Of a stretch of DNA of 64,000 nucleotides, positions 28,386 to 37,475 are shown one piece after another. Below the pieces are notes generated by a model. It worked only from the letters and a program-made list of their open reading frames with translations. It did no database searches and was not told the origin of the DNA. The translations under genes and the position numbers were made by a program. The stretch's first letter is position 1. Each line of letters opens with the position of its first letter. Source of the DNA: an uncultured Nitrospiraceae bacterium (GTDB lineage: Bacteria; Nitrospirota; Nitrospiria; Nitrospirales; Nitrospiraceae); the NCBI GenBank assembly GCA_963846575.1, contig CAWJWJ010000002.1, forward strand, positions 1,152,001-1,216,000. Direction: 5' to 3'.

Positions 28386-30170
28386 ATGCCGGTTTTTCAC
28401 AACGTCTTTTATGAAATCGCGGCGCTCTTGTTGGTCGCCGCGGTCTGCGGCGCGCTGGCGTTCCGGCTGCGCCAACCGCTCATCGTCGCCTTCGTCGTCG
28501 TGGGGATTCTGGTGGGCCCGGCGGGACTCAACTGGGTCCACTCGGCGGACCAGGTCGATCTGCTGGCGAAGATGGGCATTGCGCTCCTGTTGTTCGTCGT
28601 GGGGCTGAGGCTCGACCTGCATCTGATCCGCAGCATGGGACGGGTGGCGCTGGCGACCGGCCTGGGGCAGGTGCTGTTTACGTCGCTGGTCGGATACGTC
28701 CTGGCACGGGGTCTGGGGCTTGAGCCGGTGTCCGCCCTCTACGTGGCGGTCGCGCTGACCTTCTCCAGCACCATCATCATCGTCAAGCTGCTGACCGATA
28801 AACGGGAGATCGATGCCCTGCATGGCCGGATCGCCGTCGGGGTCCTGATCGTGCAGGACATCGTCGTCGTGCTGATCATGATCGTCTTGTCCGCGTTCGG
28901 CGCCGGAGGCGAAGGCACCGGTCTGGCCACCGCGCTCGTGATCGTTGCGTTCAAAGGCGCGCTGTTTCTGCTGGGGGTCGGGTTCATGATGCGGGCGGTG
29001 TTCCCGGTGCTCCTGGCACGCCTGGCCCTCTCGCAGGAGCTGTTGGTGCTGTCTGCCGTGGCCTGGGGCATCTCGCTCGCCTCGCTGGGAGACGCGCTGG
29101 GGTTCAGCAAGGAACTGGGCGCCTTTGTCGCCGGCGTGTCGCTGGCGTCGTCTCCGTACCGCAACGCCATCGGCGCCCGGCTGGCCGGCCTGCGGGATTT
29201 TCTCCTGCTCTTTTTTTTCGTGACGCTCGGGGCGCAATTGGATCTCGGTCAGCTGGGAGTCCAGGCCGGTCCCGCCGCCGTGCTCTCGCTGTTCGTGCTT
29301 GTCGGCAATCCCCTGATCGTCATGGCCATCATGGGCGCGATGGGCTACCGGAAACGCACGGGATTCCTCACCGGCTTGACGGTCGCGCAGATCAGCGAGT
29401 TTTCCCTCATTCTCGGTTCCCTCGGGCTGACGCTGGGGCATATCGAGACGTCGGTCCTGGGCCTCATCACGTTGGTCGGGCTCACCACCATCGGCCTGTC
29501 GACCTACCTGATCCTCTATTCCCATCCCCTGTATGACCGGCTTGCGCCATACCTCGGCCTGTTCGAACGGCGCACCCCCCATCGAGAGGCGCAACTCGAT
29601 GGGGAATCCCTGTCCCCGAGGGTCGACGTCATCCTGGTGGGGGTGGGACGGTACGGGAGCCGGATCGCGAAGGGCTTACAGCGGCAGGAACTTGCCGTGG
29701 TAGGGGTGGATTTCGACCCGCAGGTGATGGGGCGCTGTCGCCGGGCTGGTATTGCCGCGCACTATGGCGACGCCGAAGATCCGCAATTGCCCGCCATGCT
29801 TCCCCTGGAGGGATGCCGATGGGTCCTGAGCACGATCGTGGCCCGGGAGGTGAATCGTGCCCTGCTGCAGGCGCTCCGCCACCACGGCTATCAGGGACGG
29901 GTGGCGGTCAGCGCCATGACGATCGAGGAGCGGGACGCGTTGGAACGGGCCGGAGCCGATCTCGTGCTGGTCCCCTATGCGGACGCGGCCGAACGGGCCG
30001 TCGAGGTGGTGTCGGCTTCGATGGGGCTGCCGTTCGGAGCCCGGGATCGCGGCGCAGGGGATCCGGACGAGATCGGCTCCCTCTCCAACGGGCCCTATAC
30101 GGCCCAACTCAGTATCTCATTCCCGCAGGCTGATGGCGGTAGCGCGCGGCCGCGGCAGGAGCGCGCATGA
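28386..30170 (+). CDS. CPA2 cation:proton antiporter with TrkA-N/RCK domain (Kef-like)
   Basis: Many TM helices, FSSTIIIVKLL, LIVQD, QISEFSL and RCK motifs GVGRYG, VDFDP, YGDAED. Confidence 0.9.
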   Translation: MPVFHNVFYEIAALLLVAAVCGALAFRLRQPLIVAFVVVGILVGPAGLNWVHSADQVDLLAKMGIALLLFVVGLRLDLHLIRSMGRVALATGLGQVLFTSLVGYVLARGLGLEPVSALYVAVALTFSSTIIIVKLLTDKREIDALHGRIAVGVLIVQDIVVVLIMIVLSAFGAGGEGTGLATALVIVAFKGALFLLGVGFMMRAVFPVLLARLALSQELLVLSAVAWGISLASLGDALGFSKELGAFVAGVSLASSPYRNAIGARLAGLRDFLLLFFFVTLGAQLDLGQLGVQAGPAAVLSLFVLVGNPLIVMAIMGAMGYRKRTGFLTGLTVAQISEFSLILGSLGLTLGHIETSVLGLITLVGLTTIGLSTYLILYSHPLYDRLAPYLGLFERRTPHREAQLDGESLSPRVDVILVGVGRYGSRIAKGLQRQELAVVGVDFDPQVMGRCRRAGIAAHYGDAEDPQLPAMLPLEGCRWVLSTIVAREVNRALLQALRHHGYQGRVAVSAMTIEERDALERAGADLVLVPYADAAERAVEVVSASMGLPFGARDRGAGDPDEIGSLSNGPYTAQLSISFPQADGGSARPRQERA

Positions 30171-31132
30171 AGAGACCGGGGCGAGATGCGGGCTCCATGT
30201 TGTTCACGACGGATTTCCTCAAGCCGGCCAGGCGGGCGTTTTCCTATGCGGTCATGCTGGCGAAGGCCTCGGGGGCCCGCCTGGTGATACTGCATGTCAT
30301 TGAAGGAGTCTCGGATGGGGGCGCTCCGGTTTCGTCCGGCAACCGCTATCTGCGACCGCTTCACACGGCGGCGATGCTGGAATTGGGCCGTCTCGTCCGA
30401 TTGGCGGAGGAAGCCGGGATCCCTGCCGAGCCTCGCTTGGAGATCGGAGATCCGGCGACCTCGGTCATCGAAACCATGGCTCACCTGAACGCACCACAGC
30501 TGATCGTGATGGGCACACAGGGACGAGCGGGCTGGGACCGGTTGAAACTCGGCAGTATGGCGGAGTCGGTGATCCGGAAGGCATCCTGTCCCGTGGTGAC
30601 GGTGCCGGGCATCGTGGCCGGTGATGCGCTGCGGAGTTCCAGGCACGTGCGGTGGTCCCGTCTGCTCCTTGCGACGGATTTTTCCGCTTGCGCGCACCAG
30701 GCCCTGCTGCATGCTGCCGCGTGGGCGCGGCGCTTCGAGAGCCGGATGCTGATTGTGCATGCCGTCGAGGCCTCGCGTCCGCGTTCGCACGGGGGACCGT
30801 GCGGGGCCGGCCGCTCAGCCGAACCGGCGGCTGGACTGGATCGAGCACGGCAGAGGTTGGACAGGCTGTTGTCGGAGCTGGAGGCTGAAGGCCTGACGGG
30901 TGAAGGGCGCTGCCTGGAAGGCCGGCCGATCGATATCATCCTGGAGCAGGCCGCCCGGTGGCAGGCCGATGCCATCGTCATCGGGACACAGGGGAGGCGG
31001 GGGCTCCGTCGTCTGATGCTGGGAAGTGTGGCCGAACAGGTAGTGAGACGAGCAGGCTGTCCGGTGGTGACCCTGAACCGGTCGGCCGCACAGCGTCTCA
31101 TGAGAAAGGATCGTGATGGTGAACGTGATTGA
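30167..31132 (+). CDS. Tandem-domain universal stress protein
   Basis: Two USP repeats with TDF, IVMGTQGR...LGS.AE.V.R.A.CPV. Confidence 0.92.
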   Translation: MKRPGRDAGSMLFTTDFLKPARRAFSYAVMLAKASGARLVILHVIEGVSDGGAPVSSGNRYLRPLHTAAMLELGRLVRLAEEAGIPAEPRLEIGDPATSVIETMAHLNAPQLIVMGTQGRAGWDRLKLGSMAESVIRKASCPVVTVPGIVAGDALRSSRHVRWSRLLLATDFSACAHQALLHAAAWARRFESRMLIVHAVEASRPRSHGGPCGAGRSAEPAAGLDRARQRLDRLLSELEAEGLTGEGRCLEGRPIDIILEQAARWQADAIVIGTQGRRGLRRLMLGSVAEQVVRRAGCPVVTLNRSAAQRLMRKDRDGERD

Positions 31133-33872
31133 ACCGATGTTGCATCATTTGCCGGCCCACGAAGTGCTGGTGCTGCTGGAGACCGATCTGGAGCGCGGCC
31201 TCACATCCGAGGAAGCCGCCAGGCGGCGGGTGAGGTTCGGCCCCAATGCGCTGCCGCAGTTCAAACGGCACGGGCCCTGGGTCCGGTTCCTGTTCCAGTT
31301 CCACCATCCGTTGATTTATGTCCTGCTGGCCGCGACCGCGACCACGGGACTGCTGGGAGAATGGGTCGACGCGGGGGTAATTTTCGGCGTGGTCCTGGTC
31401 AACGCGGTCGTCGGGTTCATCCAGGAGTCACGGGCCGAGAAGGCCCTCGACGCCCTCTCGTCGATGATGACCACCGTGGCCTTCGTGCGGCGAGACGGAG
31501 CCAAACACGCCATTGCCTCCGCGGAGATCGTGCCGGGCGATGTGGTGCTCCTGCAGTCGGGCGACAAGGTCCCGGCAGATCTGCGCCTCGCGGCGGTGCG
31601 CGAACTCCGGGTGGACGAGTCGGCGCTGACCGGCGAATCGGTGGCGGTGGAGAAGGAAGACCGCATCCTGGCCCCGGAGACCCTGGTCGCCGACCGCCGC
31701 AACATGGGCTTCTCCGGCACCTTCGTCACCTACGGGCAGGGCATCGGCGTGACGGTGGGGACGGGCGCCAACACGGAGCTGGGCCGCATCCATCAACTGG
31801 TTCACGAGACAACCACGATCGCCACGCCGCTGACCAGGAAACTGGCCCGGTTCAGCAAGGTGTTGACGGTGGCGATCATCGGCCTGGCGGCCGCGACCTT
31901 TGCGCTGGGGCTCTGGCGGGGCCAGGAGGCGGGGGCAGTGTTCATGGCGGCGGTGGCGCTCGCGGTCGGAGCCATCCCGGAGGGGCTGCCCGCGGTGGTG
32001 ACCATCACGCTGGCCATCGGAGTGGGCCGCATGGCGCAGCGGCGGGCGATCATCCGGAAGCTCCCCGCGGTGGAAACGCTGGGCAGCACCACGGTCATTT
32101 GTTCGGACAAGACCGGGACGCTGACAAAAAATCAGATGACCGTCCAGACCATCCTGGCCGGCGGAGACTGCTTCGAGGTGGAAGGGGCCGGGTACGAGCC
32201 GGCCGGCCGCCTCCTGCAGAACGGCCTCGAGGTCGAGGCCACCGTCAGCCCGGCCCTCTGCGAATGTCTGCTCGCCGGGGCGCTCTGCAACGACGCGCAA
32301 CTGGTGGAATGCGACGGCCGGTGGGACATCGTCGGGGATCCGACGGAGGGGGCGCTGCTCGTGGCGGCGCGGAAGACCGGCATTGATCCGGTACGCGCAG
32401 CGCTCACCCTGCCGCGTCTGGACGCCATTGCCTTCGAATCCGAGCGGCAATACATGGCCACGTTGCATCGTGCGGAGCCGGGCGGGCCCGGCACCCTCTA
32501 TATGAAGGGCGCGGTGGAGCAGGTGCTTCGCCGTTGTGCGTGGACGCTGGCCGCCGACGGATCGCTGGGACCCTGCGAGCCCAAGCACGTGCTCGATCAG
32601 ACGGAGCGCTGCGCCGCGCGGGGATTGCGCCTGCTGGCTTTCGCGCGCAAGACGCTCCCCGCCGGCACCGCGAACCTGGCGGAGCGGGACGTGGAAGGGG
32701 AGCTGACCTTCCTGGGCCTCCAGGCCATGATGGACCCGCCCAGGCCTGAAGCCATCGCGGCGGTGCGTGCCTGCCAGGCCGCGGGCATCGCGGTGAAGAT
32801 GATCACCGGCGACCATGCGGTGACGGCCCGGGCGATCGCCCGCCAGATCGGCCTCAACGGGACGACGGACGGAAAGGGTGGAGACCTGGTCGTCATGACG
32901 GGCCAGGACCTGGCCGCCTGTCCGAAAGAGCGGCTCTCCGACCTGGCGGAGCGCACAGCGGTTTTCGCGCGGGTCTCGCCGGAACAGAAGCTCCGGTTGG
33001 TCGAGGCGTTTCAAGCCAGAGAGCAGGTCGTGGCCATGACCGGCGACGGAGTCAACGACGCACCGGCGCTCAAGCAGGCCGACATCGGAGTCGCCATGGG
33101 AAAGGGCGGCACCGAGGTGGCCAAGGAAGCCGCCGACATGGTGTTGGCCGATGACAATTTCGCGTCCATCGAAGCGGCGGTCGAGGAGGGGCGGTGCGTC
33201 TTCGATAACCTGGCCAAGTTCATCGTCTGGACCCTGCCGACGAATGCGGGGGAAGGGCTCGTCATCCTGACCGCCATTGCCGCCGGTGCCCTGCTGCCGA
33301 TCCTGCCGGTGCAGATCCTCTGGATCAACATGACGACCGCGGTCACGCTCGGGATGATGCTCGCGTTCGAGCCGCGGGAACCGGGCATCATGCAACGGCC
33401 TCCGCGCGACCCCCGGGAACCGCTGATTACCGGCGCGTTGCTCGGGCGGATCCTGTTGGTCTCCGCGCTCATGCTGGTCGGCGCCTACGGGGTGTTTCTG
33501 TTCGAACAGCGGCGGGCGATGCCGATCGAGGCGGCGCGGACCGCGGCCGTGAATGTCTTCGTGATGGTGGAGCTGTTTTACCTGTTCAATTGCCGGTCGT
33601 TGGAGCAGTCCATGTTCCGCCTCGGCCTGTTCAGCAATCCCTGGATCATCTGGGGGGCGCTGACCATGGTGGGGCTGCAACTGATCCTGACCTATCTGCC
33701 CGTGATGAATCGCCTCTTCCACACCGCCCCGATCGACGGTCTCGCGTGGATGACGATTCTCGCCACCTCCCTCCTGGTCTACCTCCTCGTCGGCCTCGAG
33801 AAATGGATGCGATGGAGGTGGAAGACCAGCCACGCGGGCCCCCGCCAGGTGAGGCAGGGGAGCCTGACGTGA
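31113..33872 (+). CDS. Type II P-type cation-transporting ATPase (CtpF/PacL-like)
   Basis: TGES, PEGLP, DKTGTLT, KGA, DPPR, TGD, GDGVNDAPAL; TM6 reads INMTTA. Confidence 0.93.
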   Translation: MMVNVIEPMLHHLPAHEVLVLLETDLERGLTSEEAARRRVRFGPNALPQFKRHGPWVRFLFQFHHPLIYVLLAATATTGLLGEWVDAGVIFGVVLVNAVVGFIQESRAEKALDALSSMMTTVAFVRRDGAKHAIASAEIVPGDVVLLQSGDKVPADLRLAAVRELRVDESALTGESVAVEKEDRILAPETLVADRRNMGFSGTFVTYGQGIGVTVGTGANTELGRIHQLVHETTTIATPLTRKLARFSKVLTVAIIGLAAATFALGLWRGQEAGAVFMAAVALAVGAIPEGLPAVVTITLAIGVGRMAQRRAIIRKLPAVETLGSTTVICSDKTGTLTKNQMTVQTILAGGDCFEVEGAGYEPAGRLLQNGLEVEATVSPALCECLLAGALCNDAQLVECDGRWDIVGDPTEGALLVAARKTGIDPVRAALTLPRLDAIAFESERQYMATLHRAEPGGPGTLYMKGAVEQVLRRCAWTLAADGSLGPCEPKHVLDQTERCAARGLRLLAFARKTLPAGTANLAERDVEGELTFLGLQAMMDPPRPEAIAAVRACQAAGIAVKMITGDHAVTARAIARQIGLNGTTDGKGGDLVVMTGQDLAACPKERLSDLAERTAVFARVSPEQKLRLVEAFQAREQVVAMTGDGVNDAPALKQADIGVAMGKGGTEVAKEAADMVLADDNFASIEAAVEEGRCVFDNLAKFIVWTLPTNAGEGLVILTAIAAGALLPILPVQILWINMTTAVTLGMMLAFEPREPGIMQRPPRDPREPLITGALLGRILLVSALMLVGAYGVFLFEQRRAMPIEAARTAAVNVFVMVELFYLFNCRSLEQSMFRLGLFSNPWIIWGALTMVGLQLILTYLPVMNRLFHTAPIDGLAWMTILATSLLVYLLVGLEKWMRWRWKTSHAGPRQVRQGSLT

Positions 33873-36634
33873 CCGCCGTGCCGCGTGAACAGGGGGGCGG
33901 GAAGACCTCCGAACAGCGGCAGGGGCCCTCAGGCGGCGGCACTCGATCGCCGGAGGATGCGCCATCCGGCGCCGTCCCCGGGCCGGCTTCTCCGGGCCCT
34001 CATGGCGATCCGGCTGCCTGGCATCAGCTCGCGCCGGCAGAGGCGGCGGAGAGGCTGACCGTCGATCCTCAGGCCGGCCTGAGCCCGGAGGAAGTCCATC
34101 GGCGCCGGGCCCTCCATGGCACGAACCGCATCGAGGAGCAGCCTGGCCGGAGTCCCTGGCGCATGCTGCTGGCCCAATTCACCGACGTCATGATCCTCGT
34201 CTTGATCGGCGCCGCGGTGCTGTCGGGCCTGATCGGCGACCCGCCTGACGCCATCGCCATCGTGGTCATCGTGCTGCTGAACGGCGCGATCGGGTTCATT
34301 CAGGAATATCGTGCGGAGCGGGCGGTGGCCGCGCTCAGATTGCTGGCCGCGCCGAGCGCCAAGGTCTTGCGCGGGGGCAGGCAGTCCACACTGCCGAGCG
34401 CGCAACTCGTGCCGGGGGATGTGGTCCGGCTGGAGGCCGGTGACGGTGTCCCGGCGGATCTGCGCCTCATCGAGGCTCTGCAACTCACGGTCGAGGAAGC
34501 GGCGCTCACGGGTGAGTCGGTGCCGGTGACCAAGCAGGTGTCCCCGCTCCCGGGGCCGGATCTCCCGCTGGGGGACCGCGTGAACATGGCCTACAAGGGC
34601 ACCGTGGTCACCGTCGGGCGTGGGACCGGTCTGGTGGTGGCGACGGGAATGCGCACGGAGTTGGGCCGGATCGCCGCGCTGCTGCGGGGAGAAGGCGCGG
34701 CGAAAACGCCGCTGCAGAAGAGGCTGGCGGAGTTCGGGCAACGGCTGGCCCTGGCGGCCCTGGGCATCTGCGCGATCGTGTTTGTCATCGGATTGTTGCG
34801 CGGCGAATCGGTCATCCTGATGTTCCTGACCGCCGTCAGCCTGGCGGTCGCCGCCATCCCCGAAGCGCTGCCGGCCGTCGTCACCGTCGCGCTCGCGCTC
34901 GGAGCGCGCAAGATGGTGAAGAAGCAGGCCTTGATCAGGAGATTGCCGGCCGTCGAAACCCTGGGATCGGTCACCTACATCTGTTCGGACAAGACCGGGA
35001 CTCTCACGCAGAACAGGATGCAGGTCGAGCACGTGGCCGTGGGTCGCCGGCATCTTCCGCAGGTGCCCCGCATGGAAGAACCCGGCGAAGCGGGCCGGCT
35101 GCTCGGCCGGGCCCTGGCGCTGAGCAACGACGCGGTGCTTCAGGATGACGGTTCGATGCTGGGGGACCCCACCGAGGTCGCGCTCTGCGTCGCGGCCCGG
35201 AAATCTGGATACGACAAATCGCGGCTTGAGACCGAGGCTCCACGGGTGGCCGAACTCCCGTTCGACAGTGATCGAAAATGCATGACGACCTTCCACCGCG
35301 ATGCCGAGGGCCTCGTCGCCTTCACCAAGGGCGCGCCGGAGCTGGTCGTGCCGCACTGTCACCAGGTCCTGCTCGATTCGGAGCCTGTCCCGCTCAAGCG
35401 GGAGGCCATGCTGGAGGAAGCGGAGCGGATGGCCGTCCGGGGGTTGCGCGTGCTGGCGGTCGCCTTCCGCCGGTGGCCGGACCTGCCTGACGATCCTGCG
35501 CCGGACCGAGTCGAACGCGACCTGACCCTCCTGGGACTGGTCGGCCTGCTCGACCCTCCCAGGCCGGAGGTGCATGAAGCGGTGCAACTCTGCCGGTCCG
35601 CCGGCCTGACGACGGTGATGATCACGGGCGATCACCTGGCCACCGCGCGCGCCATCGCCGAGCGGCTGGCCATTATCACAAGCGACGATGTGGCCGTGAC
35701 CGGCCAGGACCTGGCGCGGATGAGCCGGGAGGACTTCGAGGCGGAGGTCGAGCGGGTGCGCGTCTACGCGCGGGCCACACCCGAGCAGAAGATCACGATC
35801 ATCGAGGCGCTCCAGAAGAAGGGCCAGTTCGTGGCCATGACCGGCGACGGCGTGAACGATGCTCCGGCGCTCAAACGGGCGGACATCGGGATCGCGATGG
35901 GTCTGAGCGGCACGGATGTGGCGCGCGAAGCGTCCCACATGATCCTGCTGGACGATAATTTTGCGACGATCGTGGGCGCGGTCCGGGAGGGGCGGCGGAT
36001 TTTCGATAACATCCGCCGGTTCATCAAATACACCATGACCAGCAACGCCGGGGAAATCTGGACCATCTTCCTCGCGCCGTTTGCCGGGTTGCCGATCCCG
36101 CTGTTGCCCATCCATATCCTCTGGATCAATCTCGTCACCGATGGATTGCCCGGCCTCGCACTCGCCGCCGAGCCGGAAGAACGGGATGTCATGCGGCGGC
36201 CGCCCCGGCCTCCGGACGAAAGCATCTTTGCACAGGGGATGTGGCAGGACATCGTCTGGGTCGGGCTGCTCATGGGCGGGGTGTCCCTGGCGACGGAGGC
36301 CTGGGCCTACCATACCGGCCATGCCCATTGGCAGACCATGGTCTTCACGGTGCTGACCCTCTCACAGATGGGCAACGTGCTGGCCATTCGCTCGGAGCGG
36401 GAGTCTTTTTTCACGCTGGGAGCCTTCACCAATCGTCCTTTGCTGGGCGCCGTGCTGTTGACCTTTGCCCTGCAGATGGCGACCGTCTACGTACCCGTCC
36501 TGAATCCGATCTTCAAGACCGAACCGCTCGATCCCGAAGAACTGCTCGTGAGCCTGGTGCTGTCGTGCGTCGTCTTCATCAGCGTGGAATGTCAAAAGTG
36601 GTGTATCAGGCGGGGATGGCTGAGACGGGCATGA
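33869..36634 (+). CDS. Type IIA P-type Ca2+-ATPase-like transporter
   Basis: GTG start overlaps the previous stop. TGES, PEALP, DKTGTLT, KGAPE, GDGVNDAPAL; TM6 reads INLVTDG. Confidence 0.93.
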   Translation: MTAVPREQGGGKTSEQRQGPSGGGTRSPEDAPSGAVPGPASPGPHGDPAAWHQLAPAEAAERLTVDPQAGLSPEEVHRRRALHGTNRIEEQPGRSPWRMLLAQFTDVMILVLIGAAVLSGLIGDPPDAIAIVVIVLLNGAIGFIQEYRAERAVAALRLLAAPSAKVLRGGRQSTLPSAQLVPGDVVRLEAGDGVPADLRLIEALQLTVEEAALTGESVPVTKQVSPLPGPDLPLGDRVNMAYKGTVVTVGRGTGLVVATGMRTELGRIAALLRGEGAAKTPLQKRLAEFGQRLALAALGICAIVFVIGLLRGESVILMFLTAVSLAVAAIPEALPAVVTVALALGARKMVKKQALIRRLPAVETLGSVTYICSDKTGTLTQNRMQVEHVAVGRRHLPQVPRMEEPGEAGRLLGRALALSNDAVLQDDGSMLGDPTEVALCVAARKSGYDKSRLETEAPRVAELPFDSDRKCMTTFHRDAEGLVAFTKGAPELVVPHCHQVLLDSEPVPLKREAMLEEAERMAVRGLRVLAVAFRRWPDLPDDPAPDRVERDLTLLGLVGLLDPPRPEVHEAVQLCRSAGLTTVMITGDHLATARAIAERLAIITSDDVAVTGQDLARMSREDFEAEVERVRVYARATPEQKITIIEALQKKGQFVAMTGDGVNDAPALKRADIGIAMGLSGTDVAREASHMILLDDNFATIVGAVREGRRIFDNIRRFIKYTMTSNAGEIWTIFLAPFAGLPIPLLPIHILWINLVTDGLPGLALAAEPEERDVMRRPPRPPDESIFAQGMWQDIVWVGLLMGGVSLATEAWAYHTGHAHWQTMVFTVLTLSQMGNVLAIRSERESFFTLGAFTNRPLLGAVLLTFALQMATVYVPVLNPIFKTEPLDPEELLVSLVLSCVVFISVECQKWCIRRGWLRRA

Positions 36635-36761
36635 GGTCGTGCCGCGAAATGGATATATGGATGGCGCGCGGTCTCCGTAGGTACGCCGGCGTGGACTCAC
36701 CGAGGTTCTTCATCCGGACCGGGGCACAGGTTTTCAAATCGAGCTTCTCCCTCGTCTGAAA

Positions 36762-36809
36762 GAAGTCAGGGAGAGGCTGCGCTGCGATGCGAACCCCTCC
36801 CTGAGCTTC
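36762..36809 (-). terminator. Hairpin between convergent units, likely terminator of the minus-strand unit
   Basis: Inverted repeat GAAG-TCAGGGAG...CTCCCTGA-G-CTTC, with TTCTTT at its 3' base on the minus strand. Confidence 0.5.
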
Positions 36810-36824
36810 GACCTCATGTCTACG

Positions 36825-36905
36825 CTATGACAAGCCTAGCCATGACAGTAGCTGAGTGACTGCTCCCCAGGGGCAGTAACCCAAGGCCTGTTCCAATGGA
36901 CACAT
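36825..36905 (-). CDS. Small peptide (26 aa) with two Cys-Pro motifs
   Basis: Near-perfect SD AAGGAGGTGA, 6 nt, then ATG: MCPLEQALGYCPWGAVTQLLSWLGLS*. Confidence 0.55.
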   Translation of the reverse strand: MCPLEQALGYCPWGAVTQLLSWLGLS

Positions 36906-37048
36906 CGTTCATCACCTCCTTCCCTCAGCAGCGGCACAATTGCCTGCGCACGCCGGGGCCGTGCCTTGATGGCCAACTCGGATCCGGACATGCCGGTGGG
37001 TCATCGACCAATGGGCGCGAAGTCGCTATGGAGTAGGACGGTGAGTGA

Positions 37049-37399
37049 TCAGATGCGCAGGACTGTGGTGATCGAGAGGATATCCGGTGGAGCAGCACCC
37101 GACGGGCAGTGCGGACCGCATCGGCTGAGGACGACCGAATGGTGAAGCGACGTCGTGAGGTTCGCGGAGAATACATCAAGGCTGTGGGTTGGGAAAGGAT
37201 GGGGGGAATCTGAAACCGATTGCGGCCCGAGGCTTTTGAAGGTGTCGCAGAACTGCCGAGCGGGTTCTTGCCCCGGTTCAGCGCAGCCGTTTCCCATGGT
37301 GGCCGCGCTCTGCACCGGCACGAGGCAGGCGTGGGCGTTGAAGCTGAACCCGAAGAAAAGAACCAGCAGGCAGAGTATGAGAATCTGTTGTGCCTTCAT
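37049..37399 (-). CDS. Exported Cys/His-containing protein (CzcI/DUF2946-like architecture)
   Basis: Signal peptide ending AHA|C, scattered Cys/His and C-terminal ..AAPPDILSITTVLRI. Confidence 0.6.
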   Translation of the reverse strand: MKAQQILILCLLVLFFGFSFNAHACLVPVQSAATMGNGCAEPGQEPARQFCDTFKSLGPQSVSDSPHPFPTHSLDVFSANLTTSLHHSVVLSRCGPHCPSGAAPPDILSITTVLRI

Positions 37400-37427
37400 G
37401 AAGGTTGCAGGATCCACGAATGAAATC

Positions 37428-37457
37428 ATGCTACCTGCCGTTGAATTTTCCTGTCAA
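37428..37457 (-). promoter_or_regulatory. sigma70-type promoter
   Basis: Minus strand TTGACA-N18-TAGCAT, about 30 nt upstream of the ATG at 37399. Confidence 0.55.
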
Positions 37458-37475
37458 TGCAGGACCGCAGGCGAA

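Noticed and set aside
27597..36328. Long minus-strand ORFs (27597..29594, 31428..33965, 33929..36328)
   Set aside because: Antisense shadows of GC-rich plus-strand genes with no recognisable motifs.
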